Assembly (NCBI GenBank): GCA_000165425.1
Contig: CT868030.1
Location: forward strand, 372,001 to 436,000
Direction of reading: 5' to 3'
DNA from: Paramecium tetraurelia
Lineage: Eukaryota
DNA length: 64,000 bases
Shown here: one piece after another, positions 39,051 to 58,066 of the stretch
Layout: every line of letters begins with the position of its first letter
Position numbering within the stretch: position 1 is the first letter of the stretch
Program-made: the position numbers and the translations under genes
Notes under the pieces: model-generated
What the model was told of the DNA's origin: nothing
Database searches by the model: none
The model's input: only the letters and a program-made list of their open reading frames with translations

Positions 39051-40479
39051 ATGTCAAATTTATCGATACGTAAAATTGAACATTTGGTTGAGAAATACAT
39101 CATAGTCCAATCTTCCATAGAAGATTTGTTGGACAACTGCGGAATGCTCATCCTTGATCACAACATCAAAAGGTTGCTCCCCTTAGTTGCTTATAATGAA
39201 TCTAACACATTAATCTAGGAATTGATGAAATCCTTTTTTCGTAAATTACCTCTGCAAGACGACATCAGCGAAGATCTGGAACCTGCAAATACAATCAAAG
39301 ATAACTTATAAAGCGCTATTAAAGTTGAAATTCTTCCAGAACCATAGTAATAATTTATAACATCTGTTACAAAATTTAGAAAAGCATCGCAAAAATCCTC
39401 TATGAAATCCTCAGTAACCTCATTTAGGAAATCCTCATTGAATAAATAAGAACGATAACAAACCCAGTAAGGCTCATTGCATATAACATTTTCTCCAATC
39501 CCGTTGTAGATGGATTAAGAAGAGGATGATGAGGATAGATTTTATAGAGGTGTATATGAAATGAAAAAAAAGTAGTAAGAACAAATAAGATAGTAAAAAA
39601 ATATATATACTCTTTGTTAGCAATAAACATGTATCAGAGTAACAGAAAGTGTAAATTTAATAATAATTGTTGGATCTAAAAAGAAAATGCAAAAATGGAG
39701 TGTTTACATTTGATAATGATGGATCTATTATATTGACCAAACAAAAAGCAGCTAGCAATGAACTTAAAGTTCATCCAGAAACAAAGATTCACGCTTTAAA
39801 TCTCAAAAATTAAGGATAAAAATTGAATCTCCAAACCCAAGTCACAAACATTGTTAACTCCTCAATCCAAAGGAAATAAAGGTTAGCAAAAATAATCAAT
39901 AATGTTAAAAGTGATATTCGCATGGAAACAGAACCTGTTAGGGTGAGTACATCTTTTAAAACTTTAAATAATTAAGATTTGAAATCAAAATCTATTTTAA
40001 AATAATTATTAAATGATCAAAGTTTGAAGTTGACAAAAAAAGAGTTTTCTTAATTAGTTGGTTTAGAAAGCAATATTGGGGATGTCTTACAATAAAAACT
40101 CTTAAGAATGACTCAAATACAATTATAGAGAGCATAATATATCTAATAGTAGCATTCGAGAAGTATCACCCCGCTGATTCAAGAAGAACATAAAGAAATT
40201 GACAAGCCATTTATTTAACAAAATCCTCATTAAGGAAAAATTAAATTGAATGATATAAGACTTGCTGATTCTATGTCAAATGACACTCCAGAAATCTACT
40301 TTAGGAATATTTCTGAAAGTTAAGAGACAAAAAAAAATCAAACTATTAAATTATTAAAATAAGATCTTCCTTTTTTATAAATGAATTACAAATAATCAAA
40401 ATATGCAATTCTAAAAGAAAAAAAACACTAAAAAATAAACTAAAGCGTTAAACTACGATCCTATACAACTCACGAATGA
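39051..40479 (+). CDS. Hypothetical protein
   Basis: Open from ATG 39051 with one 28-nt intron (39593-39620); contains VFTFDNDGSII; TGA 40477-40479. Confidence 0.72.
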
Positions 40480-40606
40480 ATTTTAAATTGTTTGTTATAT
40501 TTTTAATATATGGAAAGGATTAGATTTCCATTTCATTAAAAATAGTATTTTACTCATCAAGTAAAACACTTATTAAATATAAAATAAGTTAAATAATAAT
40601 ATCTAT

Positions 40607-41122
40607 ATGTATCACTATTATGTGATTGCAGGAGGAATGATTCTTGGCTTTATAGCTTTGGCTGTATTGAATAAGACTGAAACTTAATAAAAAAAAGTAA
40701 AAGTTGAAGGTGAGGATGATGAAGAGCATACTAAATTGAAATAATAAAATTAATAAGAATAATCAAATAAATTTGACTCATAAACTACAAATGATGATAT
40801 GGAGGCTCTGAGGTAAAGAAAAATAGAAGCTGATGAAAGAAAAAATAAAATATTTAAGAATCTCTCAATTGAAGATAGACAATTAGTAGAAGATTATTTT
40901 AAAAAATAAGCAAAGCAATATTTAACTGGTGAGGTTACAACATCGGATAGAAGAGCAGCTAAATTAATTAATATTGTCAAATATTCTCTTTATATACTTT
41001 TTGCTTTGGGTTTGTACATGAGTCTAACTATTGCGTTTAAAACAACTTCACCTTTAATGATTATAGAAAACCTCAAACATTTAGTCAGAGCATTTTTATA
41101 GCAATTATTCGTCAAGGGATGA
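40607..41122 (+). CDS. Small membrane protein (N- and C-terminal TM helices)
   Basis: YYVIAGGMILGFIALAVL, an acidic/Gln-rich linker, then YSLYILFALGLYMSLTIAF; intronless. Confidence 0.75.
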
Positions 41123-41694
41123 TTTTAAAATTATGTGTAAAATAAATTTATTATTACAATCCAATTGATGCTTTGGAATTATAGAAATAAATAATTATAA
41201 TAGTTTATATTTTTCACAATTCATCTGATTTTTTGAGTTTTATAGAAATGATCAAATTTAAATATTTAAATATATAGTTTGGATCACTATAAATTTTAAT
41301 AAAACCATAAGGAACATGGTATCAATGTTTTGATAAATAATCATTAAATATACTTACATTATTTTGGCTAAGTATTTCAGTTTTCTGATATTTCATATAA
41401 TTCAACAAGAATCAAAATTAGTTCAGCCTTGTCTCCATTATTATTCTTCCCAAATTTAATTTTAGGATATACCAATTATTATTTTACATAAGTATTTTAA
41501 CTAATACAAATATAAAACCAATTATTTGCTTACTGATATCTTAGTATATGGATTATCAACTTATTTTTATTGTAAATGATTTTATATTTCATTTCGGAAG
41601 ATTGAAAAATTATTGATAATGAATTGGGATTATTAATTATATAACATAAATATAGTGTTAAACGAATCTAAATTTTTTTTGCTAAATTTAAATA

Positions 41695-43245
<1,551 letters not shown>

Positions 43246-44040
43246 ATTATATTATAAATAAGTTTTAAATATATACATGTATTAAAGAAGTAGTTCTCTT
43301 AATGAAAAAATAATTGTAATCATTGAAAAATCATGCTGATCAGACATCTAAATTTCTTATTAGGTTTAATCTGAAATAATTCTTGATAAGACTTAATTAT
43401 GATTGATATTTACAAAGTTAAGGTGATTGATCAATCTATGTATATAAAATTATTAAAAATATAAAGATAACTTAATTTTCTAGAAGTGCTCAATTTATAA
43501 ATATTTAGATAGATGATGGATAGGGTTATGAGATTTTGGTAATAGAAAAATTAAAGAGATTGTATTTCATTTATTTATTTTTTTAAAGAGATAAAATTAA
43601 AGTAAAAATCTAATTCATGATTGAAATTCAGTCAAACTGAGATTTGGCTCTCTTTGTTTATGAAGTATTTTACTTTTTTATTAAAATAAGGCAATTTTGG
43701 AAAGGCTTAATATTTAAAAGTTGAAAGAATAAATTGCTTATTAAAGATCAAAAGATTTATACTGCATATACAATAGTTGAGTGGGGTGTTTATATCAGTT
43801 ACGAAGAAAAGTGGGATATAACAGTAGTTATTTTATGAATATCCCACCATGGTGGCTTTGGACATTGTGCATGTGAGTTGTAAAAGTTGAAAAAGTTGAA
43901 AATAAGATATTTATCATAATATTTTCTTGTTCTAATTAATTTAATTTCAATATATTATGTCAATTTGCGATTCAAATACGCAATAGGGATTTCTAATATA
44001 CAATATATAATAAGATTCTTTGATTTAGAAAAAAATAAAA

Positions 44041-44513
44041 ATGAGCAAGACAGGGGTGATTATTGATGAGCATTAGTAATACTCTTCTGAAACTTCAGAT
44101 AGAAAGGTTTCTACAAGAAAAAACAGACCAATTTACACTTAGACAATCAGTGTAAAACGCTATCATAAAATACCTCTAAGAACTTAGTAAATGCTTTTCG
44201 AATAGGTATTTAAAAACGGGAAAAAGATTAAACAAGTACTTATGTTTTTGAATTTAAGGCAGCTAAGGAATTGAAGATGAATTACTCAAGTGCTAAGTCA
44301 TTGATCCATTACTATAAAACCGAAAAAAGGCCAGTACCTGATTAAGTGAAAAAGTTGATCGGCTAGAAGAAATAGGCATCATTTTGCTCGATTAAGTAAA
44401 TTAAATAAGATGGTGCCAAACTTGTTGTTGAAATATAACTCAATCATCAGATAGTTAACTCTTACAACTACTATCAAAAACTCCATAACGAAGTCAAAGA
44501 AGAAACAATTTGA
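44041..44513 (+). CDS. Small helix-turn-helix (homeodomain-like) protein
   Basis: YHKIPLRTQQMLFEQVFKNGKKIKQ^AAKELKMNYSSAKSLIHYY; one short intron; TGA 44511-44513. Confidence 0.7.
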
Positions 44514-44643
44514 TAATTATATAGAATTCTTAACTTTAATTTGAGTTTTCATTCTTCATAACGCCAACCTCCCTTTAATATATTTGTGTAAAATATTTTA
44601 ATTAAGTTGTTTATCAAATAATATTGTTTTAATTATATATAAA

Positions 44644-45578
44644 ATGACCCAAAAAGGGTTGCGATATTTGATGCAACGTTTAGAATTCCTTACCGATTCT
44701 TAGGTAAGTCTTTCTGAATATATGATGTTGAATTTGGTAAATCAATTGTGCGAAAATCAATCAAATATTTAAATATTATGCTCTTGAAAAATTAAATAAT
44801 ATTTACATTTATAAATAAAAATGTTTTGATGTCATAAACTATTAATACGTATTCTAAATAATTGATCACTATTTTATTCTATATGATTATCCAAATAACA
44901 CAGTTAACATTCCATTGGTATTGCAAGTAACCAGTGTATAAATTTTAGCCTTAAAAAGCATAAAATAATCGCATAAACATCTCCAGTATTGAATTACTAG
45001 TGATGTTATAGTGATATTTTTGTTTGATCCCTCTAATACTGTTATATGAATTTTTAAATTATGTCTAATGAATTGGGTTGTGATAGAGGATAATTCAGAT
45101 AATTTTGGATGGGCTTTCTCTTGGAAGATGACTCTAACTGTCTGATTTAAAGAGAATGATAAGTTTTATATAAAATAAAATAATAATGAGCTTGAATAAT
45201 GTTTATTGCGTAATCAAGGAGGCTATGGATAAGTTACTTGAATATTTACATGAAAATAAGCATATATGTTAAGTTTGCAATGGACAACATGAGTTCAGGA
45301 ACAAATTTAAGTTTATGATTAAAGATAGCAAGACTCTCCAAAGTGAATAAACCGAGGATGACACGAGTGAACTAGAATTCTACTTGTAGAATCCTATTGA
45401 TAGGAGGAGATATGGATCTTTTAGAGTATTCAACCCAGGGGTGTTTTTGCAATGGAAATAAGAAAGCATTAATAAATTTGATTTAATGTATAGTTAGTAG
45501 TAGTATTATGCATATAAAATTTAATATATATAATTTTAATTATAAAAAGTTGGCTCAAATAATTTGATGATTAATTGA
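44644..45578 (+). pseudogene. Probable disrupted gene
   Basis: Starts MTQKGLRYLMQRLEFL, followed by several in-frame TGAs and frame changes; the 3' part (45186-45578) is open. Confidence 0.4.
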
Positions 45579-45613
45579 AAAATTGGAAGCTCTCAAAAAC
45601 ATAATTAATTTTA

Positions 45614-48681
<3,068 letters not shown>

Positions 48682-48722
48682 TATATGTATATTTTAATAT
48701 ATATATTAATAAATTAAAATAA

Positions 48723-50009
48723 ATGAATTTCTTAGAGCCAGGTTCTCATGAACTAATCTAACGACGTCAATAAGCTAAACTTGATTTCTTATTATCTGAA
48801 AATCGTTCGCTAAAATAAGAGAACGATCTATTGCTCTTGACACTCCAAAAGTATAGAACCAATCAACTGAATGAAATATTTTCTTTCGAAATTCAACAAT
48901 TAAATTAGCAGGTTACATCATTGAAGGAATAACTCACTCATTCACAGGTGTAAGCTTTCCTCAATCTTTAATTGAGTTAACAAATTGAAGCCTTCTATTT
49001 GGATTTGGTTCATGAACAAGAAGATAAAATTTTAGAATAACGCCGCATCATTCATGATAAAGAATATACTATTTAACAATAGGAAAAGAACAATACAGTA
49101 TTGAATGATGGAGTGGCTGTTAAATGTAAGGATCTCTTATAATTAAATGAAATATCTTTAAAATTACACAATGAAATTGAGCATTTAAAAAATGAACTTC
49201 TAAAACATAATTAATATATCTAACACTATTAAGTTAAAATTAAATAATTAAATAATGAAAATTCCACTTATAAATTCGAATTATTGAAGTTTCGAAAAGC
49301 TTTAAGGAATTAAGTTACATTCAGAAAAGTTAAAGAAAGTTTGATGAATGAATATGAGCAGGATTTAAGCGATACAGAATTATCTTCCTTTTCAAATAAT
49401 GGCTAATCCACAACAGAAACAAGACAAATTAATACTAGTATATCCACTCAAAAATGCCATGAATTAGAAAGATATAAAAAATTATTTGAATAACAAGTCA
49501 CAACTAATCACATTCTTTAAGGAGAATATAATAAAATTTATAAATAAAATTAATAATTATTAGTAACAAATGAACGATTATGTATGAATTCTTAAACTTA
49601 AAACAAAAAATTAGAAAAGCTAAAAAATGAAATAATTTATCTAGAATAATTTTGGTAAGCTTCATTAAATAATACAACCAATTAAATTATTAAATATTCA
49701 ATCACCTATCCAGATGAATCAAAGCTACTACTCTTATAAAGGAGTTAGAGCTGCAAATAATTAGAATATTCAGAATCAACCGAAATGAAAGAATTCAAGA
49801 ATTATTTATTGTAGTTACATAGAGAATTATATTCCAAAAACAGAAAAATATTGATATCGAGATGTGTGTCAGAACCTCCCAGGTTTAGGTAAATTAAATT
49901 GACAAAAAAGAAAAAACACTTAAAAGAGCAACATTAGGGATAACAAGCCTAGGATTTGTCTATGATTCACAAAAAAGATCTTAGTTAACTTAGCGAATGC
50001 ATATTCTGA
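48723..50009 (+). CDS. Coiled-coil hypothetical protein
   Basis: ATG 48723 and TGA 50007-50009 are in the same frame; Gln/Glu/Leu heptad-rich. Confidence 0.75.
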
Positions 50010-50041
50010 TTAACTATATACTTATAATAATTATTTATTTT

Positions 50042-52305
50042 ATGCGCAATCGAGTACTAAGCAAGGATGACGATAATGTTAAGGATTACTTCTCAACTTA
50101 AAAACGAAAACAAGACAATAACGTCTAATTTTGGTAAGGGTATATGTCAATTGCCCTCAACAGTACAGAAGCTGGAGTGAGATAATTCCTAACATAGATG
50201 AGAAGAAATGGCAGCTTTCAATAAATAGACAAAAAACAAAAACCTGCAGTTACTGAATAAGAATAATTATTGGAGACTCCAAATCATAGTATCGTCAAAT
50301 CTCTTGATCCTCAATTTCCTCCTTTCATTAGAAAAGTCAAGGAAATAACAAGCTATGAATTTCTATCTCAGATTTATGAGTTGCATAACAGAAAATAAAG
50401 AAATCAATCCTTAATAGAACAACTTATTGGAAAAACCAATAATGAAATTATTGTCTTTCCTAAAACCATTCATCGTAAGAACATCTAAAAAAGATCATAA
50501 CGTTGTCAATCTGTTGCCTAAAAAGACATTGAATTGGACAGCATGAAAGGACAACTAATCTAAGTGAAATAAGTTTAAGTTCAACCCATACCCAAAGAGA
50601 CAACTCCAAAACCGTTGAAGAGATTAATACCTATAATTAAATTAGAAAGGACTACTTCCCCTATTAAAAAGGTTCAAGCTCCATAATCCTAAACAAAAAA
50701 AAAGTTATTCATCGATGATACTAGGTATTGGGATTTAGGTTATATCAAATTTATATAATGTCCCAGCGTATAAGAAATAAATTAAATCATAAATTTTACA
50801 AATGCTCTTCAAGTTTTACCAGCATAACACTAAAAATACTATAAGCTTTATGTTGGTAGAGGGAATAATCACATGATGGTTAAAAGTATTTTTAGTATGC
50901 GTGCCTAGTGGACTGTAGGGGGAAACTTGGAGGAGGATGATTTTAACTTTATTTGGACACAAAAATTTATTGATTTTCCTTAATCTGAGATTAGACCTAT
51001 CCAGAGATCAATTAATAATGAAACAATTGAAGGATGGATTGATTCGAACGATTAAGCATTAATCAGATAGGCTTGGGATCGAGTGGAAGGAAAATCAAAG
51101 AAGAAGCTAGCTGATTACAATCTTGAAAGTTAGCCTCTTCTTAATAATGTAAGCAAATAATCCTATTTTATAGTTAAGTAATGTCAAAGAACTTCTCACA
51201 ATTAATCATTAAAATTAATCTATTAGAATTCATAATCATCTTAAGGAAGGAAATTAATTAGGAGATAAGAAATTTTTGTTTCTAAATCTAAGCAAACATT
51301 GTAAAGAAAACTAAATAGATTTATGGACTCTGATTCCTTTGACTTTCCATATATAAGGACCAAATGATGAATCCTTTACTCATTTTAAGAAAAAATTTGA
51401 TGAGGTTTCTGATGATCCAACATTCAAAAATATTTGGATCATTAAACCTGGAGAGGACAGCAATCGAGGACAAGGAATAAAAGGTATTTTTATTTTATTT
51501 TCTTAGTTTACAATAATTTAAATGAAATCTATTAACATATTTCTTAGTAAAATCATACTTTCATTCTATAAAAATACATAGAAAACCCATTTCTTTACCA
51601 AAAGAGAAAATTTGATATAAGGGGATATTGCCTTATCACAATAATTAATGGAGCGAAAAAAGGTAGTGATCATATTAATAAGTAGATAGTATTTTGGTAT
51701 AAAAAGGGATACCTCCGTACTTCAAGCAGTTTATTTAGTTTGGATTCACTAGACAATCAAAAGATCCATCTTACCAATGATGCAATTCAAAATAGAATGA
51801 ATGGATATGGCAAATTTGAGAAAGGTTTTGATTTCATAATTATTTCAGGTAATAAGGTTTCGTATGAGCAATTCTAGAATTATTTAATAGAACAGAATAA
51901 ATAAAATAATACAAATTACAGTTTCGAAGAGCTTTATAAAAATATGAAGGTAAATTACAATAAAAGTCACATTATTAGTAATTAACTAAGATAGCTTGTG
52001 CCTCAAGTATTAATTAGATCAATAACACTGATCAAGTTTTTGGATTTGAATTGTATGGTCTAGATTTCATGATTACTAATGAGTTTAAACCGATCCTAAT
52101 AGAATTCAATACAAATCCCTGTATTGAAACAGGATGTCCAGTTCTAGCCAAAATTATATCAGGACTATTAGATAATTTATTTAGGTAAAAAATTATTTCA
52201 TTTTTTGAGATTCATTATCGACCCACTCTTTCCTGCTAAAAAAACAAATCTTGATGATTTTAACAGTAAAAATGATTTTGAATTATTATTATAATCATAA
52301 TTATG
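50042..52305 (+). CDS. Tubulin-tyrosine ligase-like protein (glycylase-like TTLL)
   Basis: YVGRGNN, IWIIKPGEDSNRGQGI, QKYIENPFLYQKRKFDIR, HLTNDAIQ, FELYGLDFMI, LIEFNTNP; several short introns. Confidence 0.9.
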
Positions 52306-52417
52306 AAAAAACCTATCTAAATTTAGAAAAGGAAACTAAATAAATTTATGTATTGAAATATACGATAAATTAATTTATTAAATATAACTCATATGAATTC
52401 AGACTAACTTAAAAAAA

Positions 52418-54331
52418 ATGAAAAAATTAGGGAGAAAACTAGATTTTTTTTAATCCCCAGTTGAGTTGATGATCCATAAGAAAAAATCACATCAGTCATT
52501 ATTTGGAACATCCATGACAATTTTGATGTTTACTTGCGTTTTAATGTACATAATCAATAAATTTGTGTAATTGGGATAAAGAAAGGAATTTTAAACCTTA
52601 TATTCAGAGGTATACTATGAAGAGATTCCAGTATTCCCATTATATTCCAAGAATTTCACTTTATAGTTTGCGTTTTAAACTGAAAATTAAAAAAATTATA
52701 TTGATGAAACTATATACTAAGTCAACGCTGTAATGGTTAATAGAGCATAGGTTATGTAAGTTCAATGATTTATAAAAGTAATGATCAAAAACCTAGCGTG
52801 TCATCGACTAGAACGAAAATTCCCCTATCTAAATGTGCAAAAATCGGAATACCTTATGAAGATTTGGAAGATTAACTTGATGATGTTGATTCTGAAAATA
52901 CATATTGCCTAGACTGGAATAACATTTCTAATCTCAGTTTAATTGGAACTCCCGAATAGGAAAACTACACTTATATATATATAAGCTTTCAATAATGTGT
53001 GAATGACACTTAAAATAGTAATATTTAAAAACTAAATAGTCAACAGTACAGTTTGTAAGTCTAAAGAAGAAATTTAATAAAAATTACATCGAAATTATAT
53101 TTTATTCCAATTGTCATCTTATAATATTGATTTAAGAAACTACCTCAAACCAAATGTTCCGAAAGTTGAAGAAATTCAGACAACAATTTCAAGTCAAGTT
53201 ATGAAAGATATCACCTTATTCATGCAACCAATAACCACATTGACAGAAGAAGGACTATTAAATGAATTAGTACGTAGGGATTCAACAATTAGATACTTGA
53301 AGACTTAAGAAGTTATAGACTTTAATAGCGAAGAAGCCTTAGCATCAGTTTTGATTCGATTGGCAAACACAGAGAATATAAGTTACAGAATTTATCCTAA
53401 ATTATAAGACATTTTGGCTTAAGCTGGTGGTTTATGGGAGGTTCTAATGCTTGTTTTTACCATTTTGGTCAAACCTATTCAATCTTTATCTTATAAGTTA
53501 GATGTTATTAATAATCTGTTTAATTTTGAGGGATAAAAATTATCAAATGACGAGGATGGAAGCAAATAAATCTTAAAGAGACTGACAATTATCTAAGATG
53601 GCGTTTAAACTCATGAAAATGATCCCTCTAATATGATAAATTAATAAAAGTCGAAGACCTCTATTCGATTTCCTAGAGGGAGACTGACACATAAAACAAC
53701 AAAATTAGAAAATGGCAATTTTGGGTGGGCAGAGAAGTCTTCCCAAATTGTTACTAATTCACCAGAAAATGATAAATTAATTCAGAAAGGCATTCGATAT
53801 GCATTAAGGAAATTATTTAATATAGCTACACTGAAATTAAGACTAAGTCCTCTTGATTATATTAAATATTTAAAGTGTGGGTAATCATTTATTTTGATTA
53901 ATAGAAAAAAGGTAGGAAAGTTTAAATAATTGCACTACTCGATAAACAAATTGGAGAAATGCTTGGACATACTATTTATTATCGATAAGTTGTAAGAAAT
54001 TGATAAACTCAAAATGATTCTATTAAGCAAATAACAGGTGCAGCTTTTCGATTTTTTACCAAAACCTCTCATTTCTTTAAACCCTAGTAACTTGTAATAT
54101 AACGAATCATAAATGTATTCGTCTTTGTTGCAACCGTACAAATCCTAAAAATAGAAAGCTCAAGAAGCATAGTTAGTTCTGGATGAACTACTTGAAAATT
54201 TGGATGATCCTATTACTATTAAACTTATCTCTTTGATGGATCCTAATATTTTTAAGCTTCTGTAAATATAATTTGACCTCAAAAAGAGAAAGGCTTCTAA
54301 AATTACCACTCCTGAAATATTAGAATAGTGA
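52418..54331 (+). CDS. Two-TM membrane protein with large Cys-containing loop
   Basis: LDFFQSPV..SLFGTSMTILMF (TM1), YCLDW, FQQCVN, RIYPKLQDILAQAGGLWEVLMLVFTILV (TM2), LDILFIIDKLQEIDKLKMILL..LFDFLPKP. Confidence 0.8.
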
Positions 54332-54550
54332 AATATATATGTTTATTATTAATAATGATTTAATTGGATTTTTTCAATTAGATTCCTTATCAGATAGTAG
54401 ACTCACTCTTTAGAAATTTTTATATTTCTGATATAATAACTAGTTTAAATTTCAAACTAAAATAAGATGTTATTTATTTAAAATTATTAATTAAAGAAAT
54501 TTAAATTTAAGTATATTTTTATAAGATTTTAATTAATTTTAAACATAAGA

Positions 54551-56869
54551 TCATGAATGATTCATCTATGCCATCTAATAACATGACTTAAATTCTTCGT
54601 AGTTCAACTCATTCTCATCTGTACAAACCATGTCTAGTAACATCAACAATCTTTTGATTGGAATGTTATCTATTGTTGAGCAAATTTTCTCAATTTGTGC
54701 TCTTTATTTTTTCTACTTTTCAGATTTATCATCTTTGTCTGGGATATTCATATAGTTGTAAATCACAGTCCTAATTTCCTCTTTCTTTGAAAGATTTGGT
54801 ACCTTAAAAGTTAGATTGAAGCAAGAAACAACACCCAATTGTTTTAGGATTTAATAAGAAGATGTAGTTCCTACTATCATTAATTTATTTTAAGTCTACA
54901 TATAAACTATTTAAATACCTTATCTGGTAATCTTTTAATCAAGACTAGGAGTGCTTATAAAATCGAATTAGAGAATCTGGGTCCAATATCAACGTATTCA
55001 ATCAATCTCTCAATGTTATCAATAACAATACAAGACAGAGAGGATTTGTAAGCATCATTGAATATCTTACTAATTTTATTTATGATAGCATCCTCTGTCA
55101 TACCAATAAAGCATTCTGGCGAAATCAATTTTACATATGGGAATCCACACTCGACAGCGAAATAAGCAGCCACACTTGTTTTACCTGATCCTTGGTATCC
55201 TTCTAAAAGAATTGAATTCAATTTTGAACTCTTTCCAAAACGAGTTTGATTGATTGTACCTCTTAACATTTTTTATAATTTTTAGAATTCATCTCCAAAA
55301 TCAATCAATTAATTTTTAAGTAGCAAATCGAATTTATTTGAATCAAATCCAAATTATGGTTTCACTTCTTCTAAAGCATTCTAAAAGTCTGCCCTTGTTA
55401 TTTTCAAATCATCCTACTAATTCACTCTTTATGAAAAATTAAAAATGTTCTAAATTCTCTAAAAGGCAAATGATGATGCTGATTTAACTACTGCCTCAAT
55501 CTCAGCTCCTGTATAATTCTTCGTTAATGTTGCTAACTCTTCATTATTTACGTCTTTATACAAGGCTTAATTCTTTCTTAAATTTTCAGTATGAATTTAA
55601 AAGATTTATTATCTACCTTTTTCATCTGGCAATCCAACCTCGATATGCACTTCAAATCTTCCAGGTCTTAAAACTGCTTCATCAATTAAGTCTTTTCTAT
55701 TTGTCATACCAATCACAAGAATATTATTTAAAGAATTAACGCCATCTATCATTGACAATAATTGATTAACAACATTATCATATGCTCCAACGCCCGATGA
55801 AACAGATCCTCTCTATTTGCAAATGGCATCCATTTCATCAAATACAATTATATGCAAATCACTTTCATCTCCTAAAGTTTCCTAATCCTTAATTGCATCT
55901 GCAAACAACTTCCTAATATTCTCCTCAGCCTCTCCTACATACTTACTAAATATTTCTGGGCCATTAACAATCTTTGGAGGTCTAGCCCTTAATACGTTTG
56001 CCAACTATCTTGCTATCAGAGTCTTTCCTGTTCCTGGAGGACCATACAATAGCAACCCTTTAATATGCTTAATCCCATATTTCTCTAAATATTGTTATGA
56101 AAATCTTCTTGATGAGAATGCTCTTCTAAAAATATCTGCTAATTCCTTGTCTAGACCTCCTACTCCTAATTGATCAAAATTAAAGTCATCTTTAAACAAT
56201 GTTGCTGTCTTCTTCTAGACATTTTTCATCTTCAATTGAGATATCCCAGATCTTACACTAAATTCTATTTCTGTATTGTCAAACAACATCCCTCCACCTA
56301 CAAACTTCTTTAGATTTTAATCTGTTTCGACACTCAAATTTTCTGTTCGTGTTACCTACAATTTAAATTTTAATTACTTTTATTAAATAATGATTCTGAT
56401 TGTGTTGGAATAGCTACACTTACCCAGTCTTAAAAAATTGTCCCCTGAATTGAGTTTTGAACAGCTTTGCAAATTCATCATCATCTAACTCAATTTAATT
56501 TCCCCCATTTCCAAGTGACTAAATATCAATCTCTAAATCCAAAACTTTTAACCGGTACTCTTTGTCTTTTGGCAATTTGAATACTTGAAATTCAACTTCT
56601 TAACTAATAGTCATTTTTAATAGCTCCCTCTAATATTTGTTCGCACCAATCTCATTCTTTCTATAATCTGCATCCTATCATAATCACAAATAAACTAATA
56701 CCCCTTTGAAAACGAATATGTAACCATTTATTATTACAAAGAGCTAATCACTTTCTCCTAATTTATTTTCTTTTTTTAATTTATCAACTAGTTCTTTTGA
56801 ACCATAAGTCAAGCCCGAATAAGCATGTTCAGGATTTCTCAATTAAGTCGCTACTAATGTTTATGACAT
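54551..56869 (-). CDS. NSF: N-ethylmaleimide-sensitive factor (vesicle-fusion AAA ATPase)
   Basis: [58 protein letters not shown]2 domain [20 protein letters not shown]; three short introns. Confidence 0.96.
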
Positions 56870-58066
56870 TTAATTATTGGTTTTGTCCTTGATATTGGCT
56901 TATAAGTACTAAATTTTATTCTATTAATCTTGAATAACCCTATTAATATATTCTATTTAATTATATTTTTATTAGAATTACAATGAATTTCAATAAATTC
57001 TTAATATAAAATCTGACATAAAAGCCAATATATCCTAACAAAATTAATTGAGAAAGTATTAGATGATTAAAAGTTCCATATGTATTATAATTAGAAAAAA
57101 TGCTTGATTGAAGAATTAAATTTAATAATAATAATTTTTTTTCAATATACTTATATCTTATTCAAAAGAATTCTATGTTTCTTACGCTCTAAATTTGAGT
57201 AGATTTAAAATTTAATAGGCTTTAAATATTGTAATTCTTTTAGAAGTGTTAAAATATAATGAATTATATAATAATAGATTTTTAACATGATTAAGTCTAC
57301 ATGTTTTCAAATTTGATGTATCTGAAAAAGATATCAAAATCTTTAAATATACTTGGTCGTAATTATAAAGTGATTTACACTTTAAAAGATAACTGCTTTT
57401 AAACATAAGAATAAAATATGGTATTTCGCAAGTAAATTTGATTTATAAATAGAATTGACCTGCTTCTCCATTTATTAGATTTTAATTGTAAGCAGATTTT
57501 TGAATGAAAATATAAAGAAACAATCCTTGAGTTGGCTTTTTAAAAAAATAGAACCACTCAAGATATTATAAAAATAAGAATGGAGTTATTAACTATATTT
57601 AATTAAAGCAATCGTAATTATTTCGTTAATGTCTTAAATAAGATATCTTGGATACCTAGAACGATTATACCTCACAGAAATATTGATAATATAAATATTT
57701 TGAAGAAATACGTTGCACATTTTACCTATATAGGACTATGAAAAATGATATATAGACATTGAAATAGAGGGTCTGATTTTGGTTCTTTATCCTATATTAT
57801 AGTAGAATAAACTCTTGGAGTAATTTAGCAAATAAATAGAAAATATTGTTTAGAAATGAAAATAATCAATATAAGAAATGGTTAAGTTTATAAAATGGTA
57901 AGAACAATGTTAATTAGGATGATTGGAAGGATTGAGCAAAGTATAGACTGCATAGGAAGTATAAGTCAATGAATTGTTATAGGAATGAAATGCATAAAAC
58001 AATGATAAGAGTAGTAATGAATATCTGCGATGGAATGAATATTAAGATTTAAATATTTTTTAAATA

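Noticed and set aside
39424..39630. Hydrophobic minus-strand ORF from the track, suggesting a membrane protein
   Set aside because: Antisense shadow of the plus-strand gene 39051-40479, which is open with one canonical intron.
44644..44720. Short hairpins (GTTGC/GCAAC, CTTACC/GGTAAG) and a CTGA, suggesting a snoRNA or structured RNA
   Set aside because: No proper C box, stems are only 4-6 bp, and the segment reads as the start of a coding frame.
49992..50009. C-terminal SECIF as a CaaX box
   Set aside because: Cys is third from the end, not fourth.
52393..52730. Apparent frameshifts at the 5' end of the two-TM gene
   Set aside because: Recounting shows an open frame from ATG 52418; the ATG at 52393 is out of frame.
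56870..58066. Long AT-rich spacer between NSF and RPL24 as a gene, IES or mobile element
   Set aside because: No convincing frame, terminal repeats or transposase; an IES cannot be called without comparing germline and somatic sequence. It may be a decayed gene.
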